Shown: positions 48,826-64,000, counted from the first letter of the stretch. The stretch is 64,000 nt of DNA from Tubiluchus corallicola (GCA_030141605.1 JAQGDQ010000402.1:62001-126000); one strand, 5' to 3'. Numbers and translations are program-made. Notes: a model not told the origin generated them from the letters alone.

Positions 48826-51800
48826 ATTTTCCTGTTTTGCTGATCGATTGGCTTCACAGCTTGTTCGTGTGTTTGTGGTGATGTTCCAGAGCAAATGATC
48901 AAGTAATCGTCAAAACTGCCTACTGTGTCAAAACTTTAAAATGAAGCTTGATTTTGGTTGCCACGTTATAAAGTTTGAAAAGTATTATAACATGACATAT
49001 TTATTTTAACTCAAATTATATTTATAATGGTTAAGACTGTTTAATGTACAGCAGCATCTTTGCAGGAATTGAGAACGCCAATTATGTTGATCATAGCAAT
49101 CCATTAATGTATTTAAAACAGTATTTAATCTCACTAAGACAGTGAGTTTCAGGAATAGAATACAATTAAAAAAGTCTGTAATATGTATGGCTATTGCTTT
49201 TTAAGGAAAATGGAAGCATTTGAAAAAAAGAAATTTGTTTTGTTTAAATACGTTTAAAATCATTAGGAAAGTTAAACCGAAAAAAGTTGTGATTGGATTG
49301 TGCAAAGCCTGTAATTAATCATAAATTCATAATTGCACATTATAGAAATGTCACTAATTCTAGTGTTACCATTAATGCCGCTTTTGTATTTAATAATAAT
49401 AAGACTTCCAGACATAGTAGTTATTGCCTGTTCTAATATGAGTCTTTCTGATTAATGACATCATTTTGCTAAGATGATTGGGCAATAACATCATTTTCGA
49501 AAAAAGCCTAAGTAAGGCTACTTTCATGAATTTTGCATTTATATTAACAGGAGTCATATTTTTGATCTGCCATCTTGAATTCTATGAGTTCTGGTCCTCG
49601 ACCAATAATTTAAGTTGAACTTGTTTCTATCAGATATGTAAATATTAGGCTAACAGAGTTAATGAGATTTTGGTATTAAGAAAATGTATGTTTTTGCAAT
49701 TTATTTTATAACAGATAAGTTAGAATTAACATAATAATTATGTTTTGTGTCTATTTTTGTGGTATCGTGTAAAAATGAGATGCACTGTAGATTTCATTAA
49801 CAATTTGGTATAACCGTTAATTTATTAAAACTCGCAAGCTATGCAGTTGCGATTGTGTAGAAACTTTGATAGAAAATTGTAATGTACAGTTTGTCAAATT
49901 TATTTTGTTATTTCTGGTTTCAATGTGTTTCGTGTATGCCTGACTGGCATGATTTTGACTTAATTGGGTCCAATTTTTTCGTACTGACTTGAAACTGACT
50001 TGTTGTATTGTAAAGATACCTTTATTTATGAATATGAGTTGAATATCTTTTCATTTGTTGTGCAGTGGCTTTTCCTTAAGTCAAGTCTGTTTTGCATGAT
50101 TATGCATTTATTAATTAGCAATAACCTTGGGTTCTGTTTTTCTTTGCAAATGTGAGATTCTGCAGCTTTTTGATAACATATTTTGCAGTTGTTTCTGCAT
50201 ATTCTACACCAATCCAAAATCATATAAAATATCCAACATTTCTTCCTATCATGCATGTCTCCAGCATTTTGTCTTGGTATAACAACTTTGAGTGCATTTA
50301 CATACTTTGATAAATGTACAATTTTTCAAGAATTAATTTGAATCAGACAGAATTACATAAATCAACACGCTGAATAAAATACTGGAGCTTAGGCTCTGAA
50401 CTGGGCTGCCGTATGGACAAATTTGTGTATTGCCCTATACAACTGGCTTGTAGTATATAGCATTTTAGCTCAGGGTACATAGGCATTACTATTTCAGTTT
50501 TGTTGCTCTAAAAATGGACAACTATACACTTCTGCTTATTGCTGCTCTATATAAAGCTACACAGCTCTGTCACTGTTATGTACAGTATGGACACTTGTAC
50601 AGCTTTTGCATTGCTATTGTATAATTGTTAAGGCAGCCTCAAAGTTTCGGTATTGCTGCTTATTATGCATTTGTATAACTTCCACATTGTAACTGTATGT
50701 TAGTTGGGTATTGCTTATAATATTTACCTGTTATGTTTATCTATGAATGAACTGACTTCCATTATCCCGTGACATACTAAGCAAATATAATGTAATTATG
50801 TATGGTTCGTTTATTAAGATATACTATTAAGTGTGTATTTTAATAAACGAATCGTCAGTAGACTCGTTCATTTTGTTTAGTATTAGCTGCTATATGTTGT
50901 TGTTACCTATTGCGAAACTATACATGCATTTGATGTGTTTCACTAATGGTTGGCAGAGAATTACTCAAATGTGTGAAACATTTAATTACAAATTCCACAC
51001 AGGACCTTTTGAATTCATTATAGGGTTACTTGGTGTAGTTATGTAAAACATTGTAGTCTAATTGTTCTCGTCTTTCATGGCAGTACAGTTGTTTTTACAT
51101 AATGTACTAATAACTATAGTAAATGATATTATAATGACATTTTTACTAATATAAAGTTAAAATTTTAGTGTAAATTACTAAATTGGAATTATCAAGTAGA
51201 CTGATACATTGACCAACCAAGTAACCAATATTTATAATGTTTGCAGTACTTGACTCTAATGCTTCTGTTAAAATATTTATAATGTATATTGTGTGTACTT
51301 AAGGTGCCAAACAATAAAATAATTACATCTAAAATTATTTTTATCTTATTTCGTTTAGTATAACATTAGTCTTGCAAGAAGTTGGAAACGTTTACTCATA
51401 GTTCACTGTGATTTGGACACACTTACAAAGCAGCTAATTGCAGTTATAATTTAAAACTATAGTGTGTTTGAACATTTTGTTCATTTGGTAAAACTGTGTA
51501 TCTTTGCTGTACTTTTTTCACTATTATGCTTTATTATTTTCCTTATTGCTTTTGGCTTTGTCGTCATTAGTTTTTACATGTAAAGCCAAACTTGAAACTG
51601 GCTTTTTAACAGAAGTTTCACATGAAAATATATTTTGTCCCATAAATTGTTTTTAGTACGACATTACACTGCATTCATTTTTATTTAAAAGTATTTGTAT
51701 CAGTTACAGTTTTATTTTCGTTTTTGTATTTTATTTGTTTATTGCTCTCCTTGCTTCCATTTTTGTTTGCATATTCACTAAAACAGCGTTTACAAAACAT

Positions 51801-52389
51801 CCAAAGTGCGTTATTGCGTATCAAGCTGCGTATGAAATATCAATAGGAATAGCTGTATAAAAAATATCGCAGTTTGATAAACGGTTTACTGAAAACAATA
51901 TAAAGTGATTTTTCACAATAACGCATTCTGGATGTCTGGTCTTATTCATTGCTATCAAACTGATAAAAAATTTTGTATAAGTTATAAACTTAGGTCGCGA
52001 GGTGGAATCATTACAAACGCAATAATTATATTTCTGCAGTCAAACTTGTGTTGCTTAGGATGTGCCTAACACCAAACTCCAGTTATAATAATTAAAGACA
52101 GTTTTTGTTCAATGATTTTGCTGCCCTTCTCTTCAATATTTTCCATACTTGTTTTGCTAGAACTCATGGCGTATTAATAACGCCTTTTTTAAGTAAATGA
52201 GTAAAGCATACATCTGGATTGAGTAAAGAGCAAGACACGCGATGGTCGTTGGCGCGGCTCACAGATCGTGCCAGCACCTTTTGCGTTTTGTGCTCAGAAT
52301 TTTATAGTCTAGTACACCTCTCTTTCAACTATGATAATGTTTCGAACTTATTTAACTTCCGCGCTACACTAAGCAGAGTGCTAACTAAA

Positions 52390-55300
52390 ATGGCAGCTGC
52401 AACGCGGGAGGATGAAGAGCACAAAAAAGAAATAAAGTCTAAAATTGTCTATATCGCAGATGAATGTTGTGAAAAGGGAATGTCGTTCAATTGGGGATTC
52501 GGAAATCAACTGCTTTTGTATCCGTCTAGAAAGCCTGCTAAATATGGGTTTGAGAGGACCATGGTTAGTAATAGTAGTTTAGTACTTAGTAGTTTTAGAA
52601 TTAGATTATGCGTGTGCTCTCTTTTACGTTTTAGTTTTTGAAGATGCTAACTTAGTATATCGTTGTAACTGTTCAACTTGTAGGCCCCATATATAACTCA
52701 TCTTTGTTAGAGACTGACTAACTATGAACTAACAGAAGTGAAAATGCAAAAGCAAAAACCGCTAAGAGTGACACTGGAGTATTGACATGTTAAAAATCGC
52801 AACATTGGTAACCCCAGCTATTTGTAACTTGATAAACATGACGTCAACTCAGTTATTTTCTGTTTTAGTTCATAAAACTGATTTTTTTATATTTAAGTTA
52901 CTACAGTCAAACCTCGTTATAATGCCAGGTCTGGGACACCACTAAATTATATGGCGCTCTAGCAGGGTTGGCGGTAAAATGAGGTTCATTAAATGTCAAA
53001 GCCATTCTGTTGTGCAACCTCGATTTTGTTTCCTAGTTAATTTTAATATGTATTCTTGTAGGTATAATAACATTATACTATTTGTCACATGTGTTATATA
53101 CTGTATATTTTTGCTACATTAACAATGCAGGTGCAGTACATTATAAAACGTTCACGTAACACAATATGGAGAAGCAGTCTTGTGAAATACTGGTTAATTA
53201 GCCTACTGCTGATAAGAGAAATATGCTGCCACACGCCCTTCCCACACTCCCAACATAATATTACTGGACATTTAAGACTATAAATAGCCACCGCATATAC
53301 CTTGACCTTGAGCTTTTACAGTCGTTAAATTCACATCAGTTCAGTACTGAAGCTTAGCTATGCAACTCTTGCACTCTTAAAACGCATGTTCCTTGTTCGA
53401 AACCTCAACATTCACTTTCACATGGTCATCCACAACAAGACCTAAACCAAAATTTAAACACCATAATTGTTTTTCTGTTCAGAGGTCATTGTTTTTACGA
53501 GTGACTATTTTTCTACAATACTATGCCTGTTTTTTGAAAACAGCAATTTATTATACTTTATCTTGGCTGGCGTTATAATGGGGTAAATTTATTATGTAAA
53601 ATAGATTTTTGGCATGTCAGATACGTTGGTGGATGGCGGTATTTCGGTATTTTCTATACTTAATGGCATTATGGCGTTGTAACGGGGGGGGGGGGGGGGT
53701 GGCTATGACGAGGTTCGACTGTAAATCAAATTATCATGTTTTAAATTTTTGTTCAAGTTAGTATTAGTATTCTAAATTAATTATTATTGTTGTGTTCCTG
53801 GAATAAATGTGCCGTTTAGTAATTTGACTTTTACATTTGTTTGTTAGGTTTTTGTTTTGCCTTTAAATTGCTTTTGTTTACACCATTAAACGTGGCCATT
53901 AAATTAGAAATTTACAATGTTTTTTCAGTTGCCGGAAAATCAAGTTTTGCTTGAAGTGAAATGGGACACATTCATGCACAACAGGCTACTACGTAAACTT
54001 GTTAATGAATCTCATAGTATTTTCATGAGTGTTCAAGAACTGCATTCGAAATATCAAGCAGACCCAACCTCAAGCGAAATTCCAAACTGGCTTCAATTTA
54101 GCAGAAACTATCGGTCTGTTATTCATGCATTTATTCTCGAGTTGGACAAAACTATCAATGCTGCACTTGATGAAGAAGAGTGCGATGATCATTTATCAAT
54201 GAATCGTATTTTCAAGCATGTTGACCTAATCTGGAGCCTGTGCGACGTTTTTTTCTTCGAGAACATCGCAAACGGAGTAGTGCTGCCAAGTTTGTTAGAG
54301 TGGATTAGATGGCACTTTCATCGAGGTGAACTTCTGTTAGAGGAACTGTTGCAGGCAGGCCATATGGATCCCTCTCTTCGTGCTGAACATCATGTGAATT
54401 ATTGGCCATCATTACATTGCTTTGTTCTTCAGGGAAGGCTAGCAGAAGCGAGGCGGATTCTTGCACTGCATGCCTTGAGTAAGTCTGATCAATTTCAGAG
54501 TTTGGATGAGCTCTTACGGAAGATGCCTATGTATGTCTTGAACAGAGGCATCTCTGTAACTGAGTTTGAGTTGAAGTGGCAAAGCTGGCAACATGAGTGT
54601 CGCAGAAGAGTGGAAAGAGGAGAATTTTCCATTTTACCCGGTTTGGAAGTAGTCGGTCGCATTTTGGCAGGCGATGAAACCATTTTCGAAGAAGTGCAAG
54701 ACTTGTGCGAAACTTGGTACCATATGTGCGTGTCTAGATTGCTGTATACAAATCCAGCAGTGAAGCTGTTTGATCTGCAGTATCATACTCAGGTTTGTAT
54801 TGACATGTACGGTGGCAGCACCCGCTTGGGACCTGTGGACCACATACTTCTTTCTGCAATGGAGTATGACATTTATTCTGTGATAAGTGAAAGTGCCAAC
54901 CATTTAACATGGTGGTTTGTGGCCCATCTCACAGACTTATTGTATCACTCTGGTACATTACAGTCAACAAAATTTTCCACCGGTAAAAAATTGCACGAAT
55001 TCCTTCTGTTGGAGTATGCCAGTAGCATCATGTCACATCAAAGTCTGTGGCAAGTGGCAGCTGATTATTTAGACCAGTGCCCAGAATTTGGACTACATCA
55101 TCTTGAATGTTTTCTTGAACGGTTGCCATTGGAAACCGACAAAAAAGCCATGAAAGTGGTTAGAATGTGTGAGCAAAGAAACATGTTTGTTTTGGCCGGG
55201 AGCATATGTAAAACAATGGGAATGCGAGCTCTGCATGAGGGTCATTTGGGGTCAGCACTATCATGGTGTCTTCGTTCGAAAGATGCGCCGTTTGCAACAT

Positions 55301-56535
55301 ACCTGTCAGAGAAATTCTTGGAGAAATACGTGGAGCGAGGAGATTTTTCTAACCTGGATCTTTTGGACAATTTGGGTCCATCTATGTTACTTAGCACGCG
55401 ACTTACATTCCTTGGCAAGTACAGAGAATTTCACAGATTGTATGAAGCAAGTGAATTTGCTGAGGCCGGGTGTCTACTGTTGTCTCTTCTGTCAGCAAAA
55501 CTAGCGCCTCGCAAGTAAGTTTTGCTTATCATTTTCAATTTTAAAATGCTGATATCCCTACTATCTTCCCCTGAAGGGCATCTGTATACATGCTTATTTC
55601 TTCATTTTATCATCTACATTTGGTGATGCCTGATTGGCAGGCTGGCTTTATCGTGGTCTTTGATTGGTTAACTGCATGTCTTATTTGCTTAATTTGTGTA
55701 GTTAATCTACGCATAAATTAGTATGATTCATATTGTCATTGTCATTGTCATCATCATCATAATCATATCAACTTATCATCAGCAGCAGCATCGATCACAA
55801 TTCTTGTCAACGTTATCTGCAGCATTATGTCATTTTCATCAGCATTGTTTCTGATAAAGGACTTGTAGATTTTGCCAAGTTAACTTTTAAAGATTTAGCC
55901 TTTGAACAGCATTTTACATTTTGTAATTTTTTAATTTAAATTAAAATATTTTATGTCAAAGAAGTTTTTAATCGTCTTGAAATTTTCAAAAATTGCAAGT
56001 TTCTAATTTGCATGGTGTGTGTTAAATTAAAGTGTGTAATACTGATCTTTTGTTTCTACTTTAGTTCACAGCTAACTGTTGCAGTTACACATCCTTGAAA
56101 AAGACTTGCAAACTAACTTGACTATGAAATTTGAACCAAGTACTTTGTAACCAAGTATGAATGCCAATGATGAAATTTAGTCAAGCAATTTCTGATTAAC
56201 CATCCATTGTTGTGTTAAAATTCAAAAGTGTCCAAAGTAAGCAAGCTAAAAAAGTCCAGCTATGTTTTTTCTTTTGTAGATTTTGGGGGACATTACTGCT
56301 GGATGTACTACCTCTCTTGGAATTAGAAGACATCATCTTTAACAGTCAGCAAACATATGAGCTTCTCAATTGTCTGGAAGAGCTTACGCTTGGCAAAAAA
56401 TTTGAGTGCTGCGGTTCTAATGTCAGTGTTGATGTGGACATGAAATTGCCAGAGAATGAAAAATTTCAAATTTTGCGGCTGGCCCTTGCAAAAAATTTGG
56501 CAAGAACCTTATTGGATGAACATGCACTTGATTAG
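52390..56535 (+). CDS. NUP85: Nuclear pore complex protein Nup85 (671 aa, 3 coding exons)
   Basis: Exons 52390-52563, 53929-55514, 56280-56535 (2016 nt, phase-consistent). Motifs LRKLVNESH.IF, SRNYRSVI, LLEWIRWHF, VLQGR..EAR, WWFVAHLTDLL, HEFLLLEYA..MSH.SLWQ, GSALSWCLRSKD, LTFLGKYREFHRLY, LRLALA.NLAR. Confidence 0.95.
52904..53721. mobile_element. pogo/Tigger (Tc1/mariner) type non-autonomous element in NUP85 intron 1
   Basis: TA|CAGTCAAACCTCGTTATA ... TATGACGAGGTTCGACTG|TA: TIRs with TA target duplication. Confidence 0.85.
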
Positions 56536-57909
56536 TTTAGACAACATTATAGTACTGCAACAGTGACGGATTGTGTTTTGACTTACTTCGACTTGTTTAA
56601 AAACTTCAGCAGGGTTCCCACAGTAAGGGAACATCCTGGAAATCCTGGGATGATCTCTGTTCGAAAAATAATGATTGGCTGACACATCATATGTCAGCAT
56701 ATGTGTGAATGTCCATACATAAAAATGTTTGAGTATGTAATACTGGTAATACAATTTATGCTTATCTTGGTCATGGAAAATCAATATTTGGTCAGGGAAA
56801 TTTATTTTAAAATTGTATGGGAACCCTGTTTCAAGAGAATGTGCACTTTTTTACAAATAAAATTATTGTGTTGCTATCCTAGTCGAAAGCAACAAAAATG
56901 TATATTGTAACTGTGAGGTAGCATTCATCTCAGAGTTGTTGGTAACTATTTAGCTTGGGTTATTTCAAGCTCCACAGCTAGCATTAACATTCAACGTTTT
57001 CTGGCAAAACGTTTGCATTTTGTAAACCACAAACTGTTAAGATAGTATCCTTGACGAATATTGAGATAATTATAAGTGATTTTAAATAGTGATTTAAAAA
57101 TAGTTGCTTACCGATAGATGGCAGCACGTGGTAAGAGCAGCGCGATATTCTGCATGCAGACCAGGGCTGCTGTTATAGACAACCGCTGTGCAGTCTATGT
57201 ATTTTAACTACGCGATTTTAATATTATGAAAAATCAAAATTGGTTTTACCGAATATGGACATTTTTAATAAGATATACTTATATATACATCTTAGATATA
57301 TATACTAGAAGAAATGGCAAAATTTATGACAAAATTAACTCCAAAAAATGACGGTGTATACTGTATAAAGTATAAGATGCAAGTTCGTGCATTCCGAAAC
57401 CGCTAAACAATTAATTTGTTAGGCACATATGCTGCAGGTTTAGTGTATTTACTGCGATCAGCCGCGTTTAAATATCCACTCATTAACTAATTAGTTAATT
57501 TTCTTAATTAGTTAGACTTCTGCGCAATTTTACTGCTGAGGTAGGTCAACGGACAGTCAAACTAATTCTTGACCTGTATTACTAGCGCATATAAATCAAT
57601 GGTCATTCATTATACTGGTGAGTCGTCACTAACAACCAGAGATTTACACGTTTCTATTTAACCGAAAGGCCCTTGTCGCCAGTCAGTAGCTGGTGATGAT
57701 CTGCTTAATTTACATCACTAATTAGCCTTTCGCTTGAAGAACTGTTATGCTACCTGGCTTCGCTTGTATCTGATTTGCTTTGTAATCGAAATGGACAGCA
57801 TCACTTGCTCGTCTCTATGCTGCAGTTAATTAATGTAAGGATAAGTTTACTCACAACATTATATGCGAACATCCATATGCGAAGTAATTGAGTGCGGTAG
57901 ACAAGAGTC

Positions 57910-58333
<424 letters not shown>

Positions 58334-59399
58334 TAGCCTTTGCCTGTTTAACGTTGCCCGGTGAAATTCAATATTAAACTATTAAAATCATCTGCGTATT
58401 GTACCATTGTTTGATGACGCTCTCAGACGAACATTTTTGAAAAAAGAATGCCTAGTACACACACTAGATCAACACTATATAAAAAAAACTCGACTGAAAT
58501 GATGCTAATAAGCTGCTGTTCCTACAGACAATAAGCTGCTGTTCCTACAGACTGGTTACAATAAGCCTTTTCGCAGTTTACACGCGCGGTTGTTGTAGAG
58601 TGGTTTACTAGGAGGATCTTGACGGGAACAAGAAAAACTGTTACTTTATCTTGACAATAGCTTGGGCTGCCAGGCATTGTCAAGTGTACAATTGATTTCC
58701 CGTATTGACTACGGTAGTCAGTCTATCTCGGATGACAGGAACAACACGACATATTGAACGGCTAGGCTCTTCGCGAGCGAGTAACCCAAAAAATTTACGA
58801 AGTCATTTTATATTCCCCCTTTTTTATGAACTTCACGCTGCAGCTGAGCTTCACAAATATTTATAGAGCTGGTTCCACAAACATGAAAAAACTGTAGAAA
58901 AGACATGAAAATTAATTGCAATTATGAGCATGATAAAAAATTTACCGAAACTTCATGAGGCGCACAGCAGGTTTGAATACCCAGGCCATTTTGAATTTTC
59001 ATCCTTTGCAAGCGTAATGAATGAATTAATCGTTGATTAAGATTACATTAATATATTTTCTGCTTTGCTAAATTGCTGTTACCGCTAAGACTGAACATTG
59101 CAATGTTATTTTTTAAAGAATGAAGGTTGGAGCACATGAATAAAATAAGTAGAATTTTGTTAGTATGAACAAAGAGAAATTCTAATTATGATACATGTAA
59201 TAAAAGTAACCAGTGGAAACGTGTCACTAAAATATAAACAAGTCACCAATTCGACATCCCCTAATGGAAACAATAGTGAATACTAGAACACTGCATAATA
59301 GATTTTGAATCTTAAGAACGCAATCTATTTTTATTTTCTGAATTTCCGCTGACACAAATAGAAAAGTGACAAATCATACACAAATTATAACAAATACAG

Positions 59400-60000
59400 T
59401 CTACAAAATAATGGAATTAAATATTATAACATGAGCAAAAATGTTGATAAAACTCAAGTATCGCTTTTGGTAAGGTATAGCCAAATGGTCAAGCTTTTGT
59501 GCGTAGCAATCGAAGTTACGTCGAAGCTGGTCAGTGAATGCACCACTTTCATTAATATTTTCAAGATGGAATAATACCTGGTTGTGAGTTGGTGATACTA
59601 GATATGATGTCTTAGGATAGGTCAATAGGGCCCTTAACTGACAAAGTCTTCAGGATAACCATTATCCACGAAAGAGGAAAAACTTGCCCGAGAACTTAAA
59701 TCGTCACTGCAACGAAGATTTTCAATAATGGCACGAAAACTTTATTGTGCACAATACGTTGTATTAAATTTTGTGTCTGCTCAAATTTCGGGCGCTGTCA
59801 TCATGCAGTACGATGCTCGTCGAAAGGACTTTTCGCTTTCTTATTTGCTGGTCATTCTCCTCAAGCTTCTTTCGCGTGGCTTTGATTCATTCCTTTAAAT
59901 TCGTGGCGGAAATTACTAATAATGGTTGGATTGTCTCAATAGGTTTACCCCTTATCTCCCACGGCAGCTTATGCACATTACATGTACAGTATCGTGCCGC
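59400..60000 (-). mobile_element. Probable Penelope-like retroelement relic
   Basis: Minus strand, with a frameshift: ..RIVHNKV../..AIIENLRCSDDLSSRASFSSFVDNGYPEDFV, resembling the RA..ICS..F..NGYP..F segment C-terminal to Penelope RT; multiple stops. Confidence 0.45.
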
Positions 60001-61308
60001 TTTCTGTTTTACGGTATGGCCAAGGCATATTGTCCATCAGCAAACATATATTATTACACGCGCTTACTCATACAATAACGTCTATTTAAAACCTCTTTAA
60101 ATTGACAGCAATAATTAATAAGCTTGGATGCCGACTTTGGAGAGGTCAAGCAATTAATCTAAGGCATTCATTGGTGGGAGGAGTTGTTAAATAGTGGACG
60201 CTACACGGCGGAGATCGAACAGTTTAGGTCCCTGCTGCATTTTGATCACACGCTGACCTTGCATTTAGCGTGTAGCTACTGGCTAGAAAGCAAAATTCGT
60301 TTGTGGTGTGTTTGGAGGTGTGCCAAAATGGTAGAAGTTGATAACCGTCTGCCAGTGATGTCTCAAATCTCTGAATAAAAGTCGTGCTTTTCAAACCTGC
60401 ACGTTTTTACAGCGCTTCTGTAATTCCCGTACTGTGTATAGATGCCACTAGATTAAGTCCTTTCAGATGCTCACCATATTTTCTGCGCACCCCTGTCCAC
60501 CCATGTTGTTCTCTGGATGTGGACTGTTGATTTGCAACTGTTTAAAATATTTTACACTAACAGGGGATCACTATGACGTTATTGTGTATCAGAACTCAGC
60601 CTGAACAGCAACAACACCCCTAGGCCTTTTCGTCAATTTAGCTTGTTTTTCATCTCAACAATCTCCCGTCCCGAGATCTTTGTGCAGTGGACGAAAGCGA
60701 AATGCATAATAATAATAATCATGCATGTATGCAACGCAGCTCCAAAATAATCTTGTATAAAACTGTGCCATTCCAGAATGAAATGGTAGGTAGCATTCCT
60801 ATATGCAAGTAATCCATTTTAAAGATTCGCACATAATGTTTTGCGAGTATGCTAAGCCCCATACAATTATTTTAAATAATGGCCAATCTTATAAAATTTA
60901 GAAAAAATATAGCCTATCCTGCTTTTCAACCATTGCGACTATACACAAAATATTTCCTTTGTCAAGAACTAAGTAGGTTAACTCTATAATTGTTGTTAAG
61001 TGGAATGCATAACCCAAGCAATACTATATTTTTTGTTAATTAAAGCTATCAACTTGCACTGTATTACAGAAAATCTGTGTAAGATCGAGTTAAAAGTTAA
61101 AGCGTAACAAGTTCATACTGAGATCATCTGAAATAATTATTAACAATGTGTTAATTAACTAATCTAAACTCATACAGTGTAACTGTATGATACTTTAGGA
61201 CAAGCTTGATGTTTTGGCATGCTAGATAAATTGCAGTGTAAATATTTGGGCATTTTGCTCCGCTTCGTAAACATTAATTCCTGTTGCGGTAGCCCCTGGC
61301 TTCTCTTA

Positions 61309-61739
61309 ACAGTACGCTTGTAAGGCCGTCCAGAAAAAAACGTTCCTCAAAATTAACTTGTTACCTTTCATTCTGTTAACCTGTCATTCCATAAAGTTGT
61401 TTGTAAGACCCGCACAGCCGTGTAATCCAGTTTCCTCTCTTTCCAAAAAAAAGTTATAAATTTCCCTCCACCAAGCGCCGCCAGGGCGTTCTTACACTGT
61501 GTGCCGCATGAGCCAAAAAACGACTGTTTTTGAAAGTTTTTCATACGTCGTTCCTAGAGGGACACCGTATAGAAAAAACGTCCGAGTCGTACTTGGTGGG
61601 AGGTCTTGGACGGAAATTTAGAAAGAGGAGAAACCGGGTTTACACGATGATGTGGATCTCTTTTACAAATGCCTCTACCTTACCAATGGGCTGACTGTTA
61701 GTTGGTGGTACGTTTTTTTTTGGACGACCCTCTACTGTA
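61309..61739. mobile_element. MITE with long imperfect inverted repeats
   Basis: CCGTCCAGAAAAAAACGT / ACGTTTTTTTTTGGACGA; inner GTGTAATCCAGTTTCCTCTCTTTC / GAAAGAGGAGAAACCGGGTTTACAC; CCACCAAG / CTTGGTGG. Confidence 0.7.
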
Positions 61740-64000
61740 ACTTATGTAGGTATAGATGCTTCTCAATCAAGATATGATAGTAGCAGCAAAATTAGCTTTT
61801 GTGTAATCAAAATTACATCCTCGAAACCACGTTGCTAATCGCAGATTACACTTGGGTTGTTCCAGCATTGCCAAGTGCTAATTAAGTAGTTATCAATCAA
61901 AATTAATTAAATTATAAGTATGCACACTGCAACGGCTTTGTAAGAGTCCATGCGTGTAAGAAACCAATTACTTATTCAATGATTTAAGATGAAGTGGTTT
62001 AGGATTTTTCCCGCAAATCAGGCTACGTAAATCATTCTGCCAATTAACAGTTTTAACACTAATAATATCATGTGTGTAATGCATAACACACACTAAAAGT
62101 GTGACTGAATGGGGTGAAACCAGCAGGTTCAATGACCTTGCCATAATATAGGCATACTCTTTAGTGCAAATTAAGTGCGGGTGCTAAATGAGTGTGTGTT
62201 TGTCACACTTCAAGTTAAGCATATAAACCATAACAAGTCGTAATGTGGTATTGCAAAGTGTGCCGCAGCTTTGTAATAAGCGAGACAGTTCAGTTGCCCT
62301 CATCCAAACAAAAACCTCACTGCTTCTGTATGCATATATTGATACAAGTCATATAACTACCCAGAATGGCGAATTATGTTGAAGAGTCCCAGTAGTAAAC
62401 TTTCTAAAATCTTCCTAATTTATTTTGCTTACATACAATTGCCATTTCGGATAGCAGACTAGCTAAGTACTACAGTCTTTTCGTCATCCTTTGCGTTAAA
62501 AATCTTATAACCCATTTACTTATTAGACCTGATAATGGTGACTGTCCCAACCGTGCTAAATTAAAAAGAATATATAAAAATCAAATTGAAATGAATTAAC
62601 AGCTAAATAAAAACTAAAATAAATGTGAAAAAGTGAGTATAGCAAAGCTATTCATTGTAACACACTCATGGTCAGTAACGCAATTATTTCTCTTCTAGTC
62701 TGGGAAGAAAGTTTTGAACGCTGCCACCAATCCCTCAATAATGTGCCGAGGTGTGTATAAATGTATCGAAAGCTATCCAAATCTGATAAGACAAATGTTT
62801 GCACTCCGGCCGTATGCTGATAAGCTTGAATTATGCATGTCCTCTAGTCAGGTCAGGGCAGAACAGAGTGTCCTCTGGTCACCGCATGCGATTTACATGT
62901 TTTCATAGTTTAATGCTGAAATATTTTCATAACATTTAAATACACTTCTAGTTCCTGTCGTCTCCCCCACATCTGTCAGCTGAGCCATGCGATCTGAATT
63001 TCTGAGAGGGCGGCGCGGATGTTATGCTGAAGTTTTAAGAGTAAGCGTGAATGATTGTGCAAGACTCTAATTGCGTAAAAATAAAGTTTTTGTTGTTTTG
63101 ATTTAATTTTTAATTTCTAGTTAAAGCTTATTTGAGCACAGAAAAATACTATATAAAAGCTAAAATTTGCACTAAAAACTAAGAAATACTCATAACATGT
63201 ACTATTAAAAAAGCTACGAAAATTTGCAAAAAATATAATAAAATATGTACAGAATTTAAAAATGCAAAGCATCAGTTAAAAAACCAGTGGTTACTATATC
63301 AATAAATCACGCCATCTTCTAAATATTGTACTATAAACTCTCACATCAGTTTGGTGGCATACGTAATTTACAATAAAATTGCGGTCCAATCACTCCTGTT
63401 CCTAAACTTTAGGCAGAGTGACGCAACAGTACTTTAAAATGTTTTATACATGTATTATTTTATAATACATATGTTTTATATTATATTACTGTAGAAGAAA
63501 GCGTATCGTAACCATAACATGTGAAAAACTTGTGAACAGCAGTGTAAGTGTCGCGGATTTTGGTTTAACTGCATGCTGTACTTTGAAATTAACACATAAA
63601 TTATTACAATATATATATATATATATTGTTACATAACGAACGAAATAGCATAGTGGTCACAGATCAAATCAATGACTTTTGTGGTAAACATTTATACCTT
63701 ACTGAGGGTGGAAACTGCTGTCGCAGTGTGCTTTGAAATAGTTGGTTTCTATCATTTTTACTTGCGTGGTAGCGCACGTCTTCAGTTGCTGATTGATTAC
63801 TGAAATTTCCGAACAGCTTTAATATTTTGCAGTTCGAGACGTAAACACGAACATATACTCGCACAACATTTTTTATTCTATCGCGACTCTTGTACATTGA
63901 ACGGGAAAAGGTCACAGGAATGTTGAAAACTGCATAGGTAATAAGAGCAACTGCAACAACGGCAACGGCGATGGGAATGAAGTTTTGAAGTTTTTATAAT

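Noticed and set aside
54495-55504. ORFs overlapping NUP85 in other frames or strand
   Set aside because: Shadow ORFs of the long coding exon.
60100-64000. Short ORFs at the right end
   Set aside because: No motifs or consistent exon chain; treated as intergenic or repeat debris.

Overview
AT-rich animal (probably non-insect invertebrate) nuclear DNA with spliceosomal GT-AG introns; most short ORFs in the supplied track are spurious. Manual splicing gives five protein-coding genes. (1) The 5' part of an M6PR/ATG27-like MRH-domain receptor on the minus strand, running off the left edge. (2) A complete 255-aa paralog of it (minus, 8175-16932), whose last intron holds an intron-containing tRNA-Tyr(GTA) and a decayed copy of that tRNA. 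(3) A complete 492-aa sterol 14-alpha demethylase CYP51 (minus, 28111-32485). (4) A sterol O-acyltransferase SOAT/ACAT (plus, 13 secure coding exons, 34915-48825). (5) A 3-exon NUP85 (plus, 52390-56535). Main observation: the first secure SOAT exon starts in phase 1, and the best phase-compatible ATG exon I can find (23464-23599, MASDADKEFNV) lies on the far side of CYP51. This suggests CYP51 is nested antisense inside a SOAT intron; at minimum the two sterol genes are head-to-head. The rest is transposon debris (hAT MITEs with 8-bp TSDs, a pogo-type MITE, a two-ORF Harbinger relic, probable Academ, Penelope and mariner relics), minisatellites and microsatellites. All assignments come from reading the sequence and recalled family motifs; no searches were run.
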